Assembly (NCBI GenBank): GCA_963766685.1 | Contig: CAVYBJ010000013.1 | Location: forward strand, 94,554 to 158,553 | DNA: 64,000 nt | Source: an uncultured Chloroflexia bacterium | GTDB lineage: Bacteria; Chloroflexota; Limnocylindria; Limnocylindrales; CSP1-4 | Direction of reading: 5' to 3' | In this document: positions 20,517 through 30,326 of the stretch, piece by piece | Numbering within the stretch: the first letter of the stretch is position 1 | Layout of the letters: each line of letters starts with the position of its first letter | Notes under the pieces: model-generated | Databases searched by the model: none | Seen by the model: the letters and a program-made list of their open reading frames with translations, nothing else | Told to the model about the DNA's origin: nothing | Translations under genes and position numbers: made by a program

Positions 20517-22358
20517 TCAGGTCGGCAGCAGGTCGTCGTCCTCCTGTGCTGTGCCCTCGCCGACCGTCCGGGCGCCTCGGCCGTGGGCGCGCCAGGGGCA
20601 TCCGACGAGCTGAACGGCGCGCCGGGTCGTCCGGCGGGGTGGGGTCGTCCGGCGGCGTGGGGTCGTCCGGCGGGATCGGTCGTCGGCGGGTGGTGCCGGC
20701 TGGCTCGTCGAGCGCTGCCGGGCCGTCCACTGGCTCGACCTCGGCGTCCGACCGCGCAGCCCCCATTTCGGCAGCCGATAGCGCCGGGCCAGCGTCCTCG
20801 GCACCTTCCGCAGCGTCGACCAGGCTCGCGGGCGGCGGTGGCGGCACGGCCCAGCGCTGCGTGGCAGCCTCGAAGAGGAAGACCGAGCCCGCCACCGAGG
20901 CGTTCAGGGATGCCACGCGCCCGCGCATGGGGATGCGTGCCATGACGTCGACGCGACGGCGGACCTTGGCCTCGAGCCCGCGACCCTCGCTGCCGATGAC
21001 GATGGCAAGAGGCCCGCGCATGTCGACCTCGCGGACGGTCAGCGGGGCATCGCCATCGGCGCCGACGATGCGCACGCCGCGGGTGTGCAGGTCGACGAGG
21101 CCGCCGGGCAGGTCGCCCATCGGCACGAGCAGGAGGTGCTCCACGGCACCGGCCGACGTCTTGATGGCCGCCGGGCTGATGGGTGCCGCGCCGTGCGACG
21201 GGAAGAGGACGCCGTGGACGCCGCATGCCTCGGCCGAGCGAAGGAGCGTGCCCACGTTCTGGGGATCCTCGAGGTGGTCGAGGACCAGCACGAAGGGCGG
21301 CTCGCCGCGGATCCGGGCCAGGGCCAGGACATCAGCCAGCGTGGCCCAGCGACGCGGCGCCACGACCAGCGCCACGCCCTGATGACCGTCGAAGCCGCTG
21401 ATGGCCGTGATGGTCCCACCCTCCACTTCGACGACGGGGATGCGCAGGGTCGTGGCGTGCAGGACGATCTGGTCGAGGGCGGCGCGACGCTCCGGCACGA
21501 CGTACAGGCGACGAGCCTCGCGACGGGCCGCGAAGGCCTCCTCGACGGGCCGCCGACCGGCCACGATCTCGTCGTCCCCGGAGAGAGCCTCCACGGGCGC
21601 CTGGCCCTCGGCGCCGGCTGCCGCCAGCGCGGCGACGACCGGCTGCCAGGGGCGCCGCGGCCCGGGATGCTCGGGAGGTCGGCCGAACGGCGGGCGCGAT
21701 GGACCCGGGCGCGGCCGGAAGGGCGGACCGCCGCCGGGGCGGCCTGGTCCGGGACGTCCGTCAGGGCGAGCGTGGGCCGGCCTGTCGATGGGGCGCTCGC
21801 CGGGAGGCCGTCCTCGGTCCGCCCGCCGCCACTCGTCGGGCGCAGCCGGGCCGCCGACCCTGCGCTCGGGCCAGGGCTGACGAGAGGGTGCCCCTCGTCC
21901 CGGACCGGCACCGGGCGGGCGACCGCTGCGCTCCCGATCGTCCCAGGACCGTCCTCCGGACGGCCGGTCACCGTGCGGCCGATCGGACGCAGGCCGCTCT
22001 CCGCCGGGCCGGGCCGCCGGCCAGCGCCGGGCCGGCGCCGTAGGGCCTGTTGCCGACGGGCCGGTCACCGGAACGTTCGTGGCCGCCGGTGCGGTCACCA
22101 GGGGAGACGTTCCCGCGCGGCCGGTCGCCCGCAGGGTCGGTCGCCGTAGGGGCGGTCGCCGTAGGGGCGCGGGCGGAACGATGGTCCTCCGGAAGGTCGC
22201 GCGCCCGGGGGACGTCCGCCGGACGGTCGGCCTCCGTAGGGTCGACCAGCGGACGGCCTGCCACCTGGCGGCCGGCCGGTCGGGCGGCGCTCTCGAGGTC
22301 GGTCACCCCGGGGTCGGTCACCTGTCGGCGGGCCGCCACCTCGCTCGTCGTCAGTCAT
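20517..22358 (-). CDS. rlmB: 23S rRNA Gm2251 methyltransferase (SpoU/TrmH family) with long low-complexity termini; frameshifts in the tails
   Basis: Core GRRPVEEA...HQGV...LDHLEDPQNVGTLLRSA...IGSEGRG...IPMRGRVASLNASVA. ATG at 22358 overlaps the cysS stop (TGATG). Confidence 0.88.
20623..20675. repeat. Three near-perfect 18-bp tandem repeats in the rlmB 3' tail
   Basis: GGGTCGTCCGGCGG core repeated with an 18-nt period. Confidence 0.8.
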
Positions 22359-23758
22359 CAGCCCCCCGCCTTTCGCCAGCGTTGTCCGTCAGGAGTGTCC
22401 TCGACCACGATGCCGGCAGCCGCCAGGGCATCGCGCAGCTCGTCACTGCGGCGCCAGTCGCGCGCTCGCCGCGCTTCGACACGGGCCTCGAGCATGGCCT
22501 CCAGGTCAGCGTCAAGGACCTGGTCGCCGTCGTCCAGGACCCCCAGGACCATGTCCAGCTCCCGGATGGCCTCGGCCGCGCGCTGCGCGTCCGCGGTCGA
22601 GAGGCTGCGGGCCGCGACGCGGCCGTTGAGGTCGCGCACGAGGTCGAAGGTGGCCGCCAGGGCCGCGGAGATGTTGAGGTCGTCCCCGAGCGCCGACGCG
22701 AACGCCGAACGCGCCACTGCCAGTCGCTCGACCAGCGACGAGTCGTCGGCACGCTCCTCGCGGTAGCCCTCGAGTGCCGAGACGGCCGTCGTCAGCCGCT
22801 CCACGGCCGCAGCCGCGTGGGCCAGCGAGTCGTCCCCGAACTCCAGCGGCGAGCGATAGTGCGTGGCCAGCAGCGCATAGCGGAGCGCACGCGGGCTGAA
22901 GCCGGCGGCGTAGACGTCGGCCGGCCGGGTGATGTTGCCGGTCCGCTTGGCCATCTTCTCGCCGCCCATGTGCAGGTGGGCACAGTGCAGCCAGGTGCGC
23001 ACGAAGCGCTGGCCGGTGGCCGCCTCCGACTGCGCGATCTCGTCCTCGTGGTGCGGGAAGACCAGGTCGATGCCACCCGTGTGGAGGTCGAAGCTGGGCC
23101 CCAGGTAGCGCATGCTCATGGCAGAGCACTCGATGTGCCAGCCCGGGCGCCCCTCCCCGAGGTCGGTCGACCAGCTGGGCTCGCCGGGCTTGGCGGCCTT
23201 CCAGAGCGCGAAGTCGCGCACGTCGTCCTTCTCGTACTCGTCGGCTTCGACGCGCTCGCCGATGCGTTGCTGGCCGGGGTCGAGGCGGGCCAGCCGGCCG
23301 TAGGCCGGCCACGACGCGATGCGGAAGAAGATCGAGCCGTCCTCGGCCCGGTAGGCGTGGCCGCGTTCGAGCAGCGTGGCGATGAGGGCGACCATGTCGT
23401 CGATGTGCTCGGTGGCGCGGGGCATGACGTCCGGCGTGGCGATGCGCAGGCGTGCCAGGTCCTCAAGGAAGCGGGACGTGTAGCGCGCCGTGAGCTCGCC
23501 GATGGGGACGCCCTCGTGGCCCGCGTCGCGGATGATCTTGTCGTCCACGTCGGTGATGTTCATGACCCACGTCACGCGCAAGCCCTCGAAGAGCAGCACG
23601 CGGCGCAGCAGGTCGGCAAAGACGAAGGAGCGGAAGTTGCCCACGTGGGCGGGGGCGTAGACGGTCGGGCCGCAGGTGTACATGCGGACGTGTCCCGGCT
23701 CGAGCGGCTCGAGCGGCTCCAGGCGGCCACCGAGGGTGTTGCGGAAGCGCAGGCTCAT
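22358..23758 (-). CDS. cysS: Cysteine-tRNA ligase
   Basis: [36 protein letters not shown]. Confidence 0.98.
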   Translation of the reverse strand: MSLRFRNTLGGRLEPLEPLEPGHVRMYTCGPTVYAPAHVGNFRSFVFADLLRRVLLFEGLRVTWVMNITDVDDKIIRDAGHEGVPIGELTARYTSRFLEDLARLRIATPDVMPRATEHIDDMVALIATLLERGHAYRAEDGSIFFRIASWPAYGRLARLDPGQQRIGERVEADEYEKDDVRDFALWKAAKPGEPSWSTDLGEGRPGWHIECSAMSMRYLGPSFDLHTGGIDLVFPHHEDEIAQSEAATGQRFVRTWLHCAHLHMGGEKMAKRTGNITRPADVYAAGFSPRALRYALLATHYRSPLEFGDDSLAHAAAAVERLTTAVSALEGYREERADDSSLVERLAVARSAFASALGDDLNISAALAATFDLVRDLNGRVAARSLSTADAQRAAEAIRELDMVLGVLDDGDQVLDADLEAMLEARVEARRARDWRRSDELRDALAAAGIVVEDTPDGQRWRKAGG

Positions 23759-24936
23759 CGGGACGCCAGGGTCACGAGGCAGGTGGCGCTGATGGCGCGG
23801 CCAGCGCCCTCGTCTCCGGCCAGGTTGCCGGTCATGGCCTTGACCGAGACGCGGCTCGGAGGCGCGCCCGTGAGCGCCGCCATGGCGGCGGCCATGGCGT
23901 CCAGCCGTCGGCCGCCGAGGTGCGGCCGCGCCCCGCGGATGGTGGCATCCAGGCTGTCCACCGCCAGGCCGGCCGCCGCGAGGCGGGCCATGACCTCGGT
24001 CACCAGCGCGCGGCTGTCCACGCCGCGCGTGGCCGGCTCCCCGGACGGGAAGAGCCGGCCCAGGTCACCCTGTCCGGCTGCCGCCAGCAGCCCATCGCAA
24101 AGCGCGTGGAGGAGGACGTCGCCATCCGAGTGACCGTGCAGCCGCGGAGCGCCGTCGATGAGCAGCCCCCCGAGGCACAGCCCGTCACCCGGGCCGAAGG
24201 GGTGGCTGTCGGCACCGAGGGCCACACGCGGCCGGCCGTCCTGGCCGGCATCCGACGCGGCGTCCTGACCGGCCAGCCGGCGAGCCAGGGTGAGGTCCTC
24301 GGGGAGCGTGACCTTGATGTTGGCCGCCTCGCCCTCCACGACGTGGACGACGACGCCGTGGCGGGCCAGGAGCTCGGCCTCGTCCGGGAGCTCGTCAGGG
24401 CCGTCCGCGTGGGCCTCCACGGCGGCCAGCAGGAGGTCGCGCCGGGCTGCCTGCGGCGTCTGCGCCCGGGCCAGGCCGGACCGATCGGCAGCGCCGCTGA
24501 TGCGGCCGCCCTCGACGCGCTTGATGGCGTCGGTCACGGCCAGGGTGGGGATGACGGCGCCATGACGCTGCGCACCCTCCACCACGCGGGTGATGAGCGC
24601 CGGCGAGACGAATGGGCGTGCCGCGTCATGCACGAGCACGATGTCGGCGCGCGTGGCCCTCACCCCTGCCGCCACGGAGTCCTGGCGGCGCCGTCCGCCG
24701 CGAACGATGTGGGCACCCAGGCTGCGGAGCCAGTCGGCCTCGCGCAGCTCCGCCTCGCGACCGGCCGAGGCGACGACGATGACATCGGCGATCTCCGGTG
24801 CCGCGGCCAGCGATTCCACGGCCCAGCGCAGGACCGACCTGCCCGCGACCAGCGCCGCCAGCTTGTCTGCGCCACCCATGCGTCGGCTGCTGCCCGCCGC
24901 CACCACGACGGCGTCAGCCACTCGGTGTCCTGTCAC
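23755..24936 (-). CDS. ispDF: Bifunctional IspD/IspF (MEP pathway)
   Basis: AAGSSRRMG, HDAARP, QTPQ, NIKVT, then GADSH...HSDGDVLLHA. Confidence 0.93.
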   Translation of the reverse strand: MTGHRVADAVVVAAGSSRRMGGADKLAALVAGRSVLRWAVESLAAAPEIADVIVVASAGREAELREADWLRSLGAHIVRGGRRRQDSVAAGVRATRADIVLVHDAARPFVSPALITRVVEGAQRHGAVIPTLAVTDAIKRVEGGRISGAADRSGLARAQTPQAARRDLLLAAVEAHADGPDELPDEAELLARHGVVVHVVEGEAANIKVTLPEDLTLARRLAGQDAASDAGQDGRPRVALGADSHPFGPGDGLCLGGLLIDGAPRLHGHSDGDVLLHALCDGLLAAAGQGDLGRLFPSGEPATRGVDSRALVTEVMARLAAAGLAVDSLDATIRGARPHLGGRRLDAMAAAMAALTGAPPSRVSVKAMTGNLAGDEGAGRAISATCLVTLASR

Positions 24937-25036
24937 CGTGCAAGTGTGCCCTGCGCCGTGCATCCCTGCCGTGCGGGGCGTCGCACACGACGACGGCGGC
25001 CGGCGCGGCGACTGGCGCCGCGGGCCCGGTGCCAGG

Positions 25037-26109
25037 TCACGAGGCGGCAGCCATCTCCGCGAAGATCGATGCGGCCGGCGACCGTCTGCAGGATGCGCGT
25101 GACGGTCACATCGAGCTCACCCTCGATGTGCCGGCCGCCGCCCTCCACGACCACCATGGTGCCGTCATCGAGGAAGGCCACCCCCTGGCCGGGCTCCTTG
25201 CCCTCCTGGACGACCTTCACCCGCAGGGCCTCCCCAGGCAGGAACGAGGGCTTGAGGGCATTGGCCAGCTGGTTCAGGTTCATGACCCGCACGCCCTGCA
25301 GCTGGGCCACGCGGTTGAGGTTGTAGTCGGTGGTCAGGATGGCGGCGTCCCGCTTCTGGGCCAGGGCCACCAGCTTGCCGTCCACGGTGGAGACGCCCGG
25401 CTCGTCGTCCGTGCTGACCTCGATGCCGATGCGGTGGTCCTTCTGGAGCACGGCCAGGACGTCCAGCCCGCGGCGGCCCCGGTTGCGGCGGCCCGGGTGT
25501 GTGTCATCAGCGATGTGCTGCAGCTCCCCGAGCACGAACCGCGGCACCACGAGCAGGCCGGAGAGGAAGCCGGCCGCCACGACGTCCACGATGCGGCCGT
25601 CGATGATGGCGCTGGTGTCCAGGAAGGTGATGGGGACGGGCGGCCCGGCGGGGGTCGCAGCCGCGCCGCCCCCGCGGCGGAGACCCAGCGACTCCAGGGC
25701 GGCACGCAGGTCATGCCGCTTGGCCACCGTGAGGCCCATCATGCCCAAGCGCCAGGATGACGGAGACGCCGATGGGCAGCACCAGGCCGGCCGGTGCCGG
25801 CAGGCTGGTCAGGGGCAGGCCAAGGAGGAAGCCCATCAGGAGCCCCACGAGCAGGCCAGCCACGGCGGCGATGAACTCATCGGTGGACATGTCCGTGACC
25901 GCCCGCAGCATCCAGCGCGCCGGGACGAGCGTCAGGTAGGGCGCGATGACGAAGCCGACCACGCCCCAGGCGGCGATCCAGGCCAGCAGCAGCAGGCGCC
26001 CCTCGAGCGAGGGTTCCAGCAGGGCCGTGGAGGTCACGTCGAAGCCCACGAGGGCGATGGCCAGGATGACCCCCAGGGCGCCGCCGAACAGGCGGATGAA
26101 CCTCAGCAT
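25037..26109 (-). CDS. PIN/TRAM-domain membrane protein (YacL-like); frameshifts near 25750 and 25068
   Basis: N-terminal TM helices; LDTSAIIDGRI; TTDYNLNRVA; GKEPGQGVAFLDDGTMVVVE. Corrected end is GRMIFAEMAAAS*. Confidence 0.9.
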
Positions 26110-26150
26110 GGCACCGGAACGCTACCAGAACCACCGGGCGCTGCGGCCCT

Positions 26151-27627
26151 TCACCCAGAGGTACCAGTCGGCTCGAGCGCCAGATCGAGGGCCTCGCGCA
26201 GCGTGGCCACGCGCCTGACCTCCAGGCCCACGGCCGCGGCCTGCCTGGCGCCCAGGCCGGAACCCTTCCGGGACCAGCGCCCGTCGGAAGCCCGTGCGCG
26301 CCGCTTCACGCAGGCGGCGCTCCAGGCCGGGCACGGGCCGGATCTCACCGAGCAGCGAGACCTCGCCGCAGGCCAGCAGGTCACCGGCGATGGCGTGGTC
26401 CCGGTGCGAGGCGGCGACGGCCAGGGCCAGGGGCAGGTCGAGCGCCGGCTCGCTGACGGTGATGCCGCCGGTCAGGCTGGCGTAGACGTCGCGACCGACG
26501 ACGTCGACGCCACCTCGCCTGGCGAGCACGGCGATGAGCAGCACGAGGCGGTTGACGTCGAGGCCGGCCACCGTGCGGCGCGGCGGGCCGAAGCCGGCCG
26601 GGGCGACGAGCGCCTGGACCTCCACCAGCAGCGTGCGACTGCCCTCCAGGATGGCCGCCACCGACACCCCCGGCGCCGTCCGCGACCCGTGACCGAGGAA
26701 GGCGGCGGCTGCGTCCCGCACCTCACGAAGGCCATCCGGGGTCATCTCCATGACGCCCACCTCCTCGGTCGAGCCGTGGCGGTTCTTGAGCGCGCGCAGG
26801 AGCCGCAGTGAGGCGTAGCGGTCACCGTCGAGCATGAGCACGGCGTCGACGAGGTGCTCGAGGGTGCGCGGCCCGGCCAGCGTCCCGTCCTTGGTGACGT
26901 GTCCGACGAGAAGGACGGGGACGGCCTGCTCCCGGGCGAAGGTACCCAGGCGGGCGGCCGATTCGCGGACCTGGCCGACCGACCCGGGCGGGCCGTCGAG
27001 ATCGTCGATGGAGACCGTCTGGATGGAGTCGACGACCAGCAGCGAAGGCCGAAGCGCCGCGGCGGCGGCGATGATGGCGTCGACGTCCGTGCTGGCCAGG
27101 ACCGACAGGGCCGAGCTCGCCGGACCCGTGGTCAGGCCCAGCCGGGAGGCACGCAGGTGCAGCTGCCCCGCCGATTCCTCGGCGCTGGCGTAGAGCACCC
27201 CAGCCCGGGGCCCGGGACCCGGTCCGGGAGTGCTGTCGCCGTGCTCGCGGGGGGCGGCGCCGGCAGCCAGGGCTCCTGCCACCTGGAGAACGAGCGTGGA
27301 CTTGCCGATGCCCGGTTCGCCACCCAGCAGCAGGAGCGACCCGGGTACCAGCCCGCCACCGAGAAGACGGTCCACCTCGGACACCCCGGTCGGCTGGCGC
27401 ACCGTGGCCGCGATGTCCAGGGAGCCCAGCGGTGTCGGCTGCACGGCTCCGCCGAACCCCGGCGAACGCCCTCCCGCGGACTCGGCGGAGCGACGCACGG
27501 CGGGGCGGACCAGCGTCTCCACGAGCGAGTTCCAGGCGCCGCAACCGCGGCACTGGCCCTCCCACCTCGGGTGCGAGGCGGCGCAGGCCTGACAGATGTA
27601 GGCGCTGGCCAGCCGTGTCCGGGCCAC
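26151..27627 (-). CDS. radA: DNA repair protein RadA/Sms (frameshift near 26265)
   Basis: CQAC...WEGQCRGCGAWNSL, GEPGIGKST, KNRHG; natural end ...VATLREALDLALEPTGTSG* at 26151. Confidence 0.95.
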
Positions 27628-27631
27628 GGGC

Positions 27632-30109
27632 CTACGCGGCCTCGACGGGGGCCTTCTCCACGGCCGGCTCGATGGTCAGGCCGGCGTCTTCCGAGCGGTC
27701 CACGAGGACCGTGTCCCCGGCCTCGAAGCGGCCCACCAGGAGAGCCTCGGCCAAGGGGTCCTCGATCATGTTCTGGATGACGCGGCGCAGGGGTCGGGCA
27801 CCGTAGTCGACGTCATAGCCCAGCTTGATGACGTGGTCCTTGGCCGCCTGGCTGACCTCGAGGCCGATCTGCTGCGCTTTCAGCTGGCTCCGGACGCGGG
27901 CCAGGAGCAGGTCCACGATCTCGCGGATCTCGTCCACGGTCAGGGAGCGGAAGACGACCTGCGAGTCGACGCGGTTGAGGAACTCGGGCCGGAAGGTCGT
28001 CTTGAGCTGCTCGAGGACCTTGGCCTTCATGCGGTCGTACTGGGCCTCGCGCTCACGGTCCTCGTTGGCGGAGACCGGCCGGAAGCCCAGCGAGGTGTCC
28101 TTGAGGAGGTCCTTGGCGCCCACGTTGCTGGTCATGATGATGACCGTGTTGCGGAAGTCGACGCGCCGGCCCTTGGCGTCCGTGAGCTGGCCGTCCTCCA
28201 GGATCTGGAGGAGCATGTTGAAGACCTCCGGGTGGGCCTTCTCGATCTCATCGAGGAGCACCACGGAGTACGACTTCCGGCGCACGGCCTCCGTCAGCTG
28301 GCCGCCCTCCTCGAAGCCCACGTAGCCCGGGGGGGCGCCCACGAGGCGGCTCACGTTGTGGCGTTCCATGAACTCGCTCATGTCGATCTTGATGAGTGAG
28401 TCCTCGCTGCCGAACATGAACTCCGCGAGGGCCTTGGCCAGCTCCGTCTTGCCCACGCCGGTGGGGCCCAGGAAGATGAAGGAGCCGATGGGCCGCTTGG
28501 GGTCCTTGAGACCGGCGCGGGCGCGCCGCACGGCGCGCGAGACGGTGTCGATGGCCTCCTGCTGGCCGATGACCCGCTTGTGCAGCGCGTCCTCCATCTC
28601 CAGCAGTCGCTTGGACTCCTCCTGGGCGATGCGCGTCACCGGGATGCCCGTCCAGAGGGCCACGACCTGGGCGATGTCCTCCTCCGTGACCTCCGGGGTC
28701 TCCGCCGCCAGGGCCGCCTGCCAGTCGCTGCGCAGCTGGTCGGACCGGGCCTTGGCCGCCGACTCCGCGTCGCGCAGCTCCTGGGCGCGCTCGTAGTCCT
28801 GGTCGTTGACGGCCGCTTCCTTCTCCTTGGCGATGCGCTCCAGCTCCTTCTGGGTGGCCTTGAGCTCGGCGGGCGTGGAGCTGTGCCGAAGCCGGACGCG
28901 GCTGGAGGCCTCGTCGATGAGGTCGATGGCCTTGTCCGGGAGGTGACGGTCGGTGATGTAGCGGATGGAGAGGTCGGCCGCGGCGCGGGCAGCGTCGTCG
29001 GTGATCTTGACGCGGTGATGGCGCTCGAAGCCCTCGCGGATGCCGAAGAGGATCTCGACGGTCTGCTCGAGGGTGGGCTCCTCGATCATGACCGGCTGGA
29101 AGCGGCGCTCGAGAGCGGCGTCCTTCTCGATGTACTTGCGGAACTCGTCGAGGGTCGTGGCGCCGATGCACTGCAGCTCCCCGCGCGCCAGGGGCGGCTT
29201 GAGGATGTTGGCGGCGTCGATGGCACCCTCCGCGGCCCCGGCACCCACGAGCGTGTGCAGCTCGTCGATGAAGAGGATGGCGTCGTTGGTGCTGCGCAGC
29301 TCCTCGATGATCTTCTTGAGGCGCTCCTCGAACTCGCCGCGGTACTTGGTGCCGGCCACCAGGGAGCCGATGTCCAGGGTCAGGACACGCTTGTCGGCAA
29401 GGCTCTCGGGGATGTCGCCGCTGACGATGCGGTGCGCCAGGCCCTCCGCGATGGCGGTCTTGCCAACGCCGGGCTCTCCGATGAGGGCCGGGTTGTTCTT
29501 GCGGCGGCGCGACAGGATCTGGACGACGCGCTCGATCTCCTTCTCGCGACCGATGACCGGGTCCAGCTTGCCCGCACGGGCGGCTTCGGTCAGGTTGATG
29601 CCGAGCTGGTCAACGGTGGGCGTCTTGCTGCTGCGCTTCGTCTCGGCCGGGCTGGGCCCGGAGGCGCTTGACTGGCTGAGGACACGGATGACCTCGTGGC
29701 GGACCTTGTCGAGGTTGACGCCGAGCGACTCCAGCACGCCGGCGGCGATGCCCTCGCCCTCGCGCACCAGGCCGAGGAGCAGGTGCTCCGTGCCGATGTA
29801 GTTGTGCCCCAGGCGGCGAGCCTCGTCGATGGCCAGCTCGATGACACGCTTGGCGCGGGGGGTCAGGCCGACCTCTCCCACGACCGGGCGGTCGCCGCGG
29901 CCGATGATGAACTCGACCGCGGTGCGCACCTTGGGCAGCTCGACGTTCATGTTCTCGAGCACGCGTGCGGCCACGCCCTCGCCTTCCCGGACGAGGCCCA
30001 GGAGCAGGTGCTCCGTACCGATGTAGTTGTGGTTGAAGCGCTGCGCCTCATCCTGCGCGAGGGTGAGGACCTTGCGGGCGCGGTCGGTGAACTTGTCGAA
30101 CCGGTCCAT
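27632..30109 (-). CDS. clpC: ATP-dependent Clp protease ATPase ClpC
   Basis: [13 protein letters not shown] start with upstream AGGAG; two Clp-N repeats; GEPGVGKT and GPTGVGKT; SLGF loop. Confidence 0.96.
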   Translation of the reverse strand: MDRFDKFTDRARKVLTLAQDEAQRFNHNYIGTEHLLLGLVREGEGVAARVLENMNVELPKVRTAVEFIIGRGDRPVVGEVGLTPRAKRVIELAIDEARRLGHNYIGTEHLLLGLVREGEGIAAGVLESLGVNLDKVRHEVIRVLSQSSASGPSPAETKRSSKTPTVDQLGINLTEAARAGKLDPVIGREKEIERVVQILSRRRKNNPALIGEPGVGKTAIAEGLAHRIVSGDIPESLADKRVLTLDIGSLVAGTKYRGEFEERLKKIIEELRSTNDAILFIDELHTLVGAGAAEGAIDAANILKPPLARGELQCIGATTLDEFRKYIEKDAALERRFQPVMIEEPTLEQTVEILFGIREGFERHHRVKITDDAARAAADLSIRYITDRHLPDKAIDLIDEASSRVRLRHSSTPAELKATQKELERIAKEKEAAVNDQDYERAQELRDAESAAKARSDQLRSDWQAALAAETPEVTEEDIAQVVALWTGIPVTRIAQEESKRLLEMEDALHKRVIGQQEAIDTVSRAVRRARAGLKDPKRPIGSFIFLGPTGVGKTELAKALAEFMFGSEDSLIKIDMSEFMERHNVSRLVGAPPGYVGFEEGGQLTEAVRRKSYSVVLLDEIEKAHPEVFNMLLQILEDGQLTDAKGRRVDFRNTVIIMTSNVGAKDLLKDTSLGFRPVSANEDREREAQYDRMKAKVLEQLKTTFRPEFLNRVDSQVVFRSLTVDEIREIVDLLLARVRSQLKAQQIGLEVSQAAKDHVIKLGYDVDYGARPLRRVIQNMIEDPLAEALLVGRFEAGDTVLVDRSEDAGLTIEPAVEKAPVEAA

Positions 30110-30160
30110 GGGGGTTGGCGACGACTCCTGGGTGCAGGCGACCCCTTGACGGCCGCTCAG

Positions 30161-30171
30161 CCATGCTACCA
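30161..30171 (-). promoter_or_regulatory. Candidate extended -10 promoter for clpC
   Basis: TGGTAGCAT about 55 nt upstream of the clpC ATG. Confidence 0.4.
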
Positions 30172-30225
30172 CCCGGAGCGGGAGTGACCGACACGCGGTC
30201 ACACGCGGAAGCGGACTCCGCGTGG

Positions 30226-30252
30226 CGACCCGCCGGGAGGCCCGGCGGGTCG
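30226..30252. terminator. Hairpin between rpsA and clpC
   Basis: 12-bp perfect stem CGACCCGCCGGG-AGG-CCCGGCGGGTCG; a second hairpin lies at about 30298-30325. Confidence 0.55.
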
Positions 30253-30326
30253 TTCGGCGTGGCGATCGCAGGCAGAGGCTGGCGGCTGCCAGTTCCGGGG
30301 GTCGGCTGCGCCCTGCCCCGACCCCA

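Noticed and set aside
23755-24936. IspD-IspF fusion as a novelty
   Set aside because: Bifunctional IspDF is well known in many bacteria.
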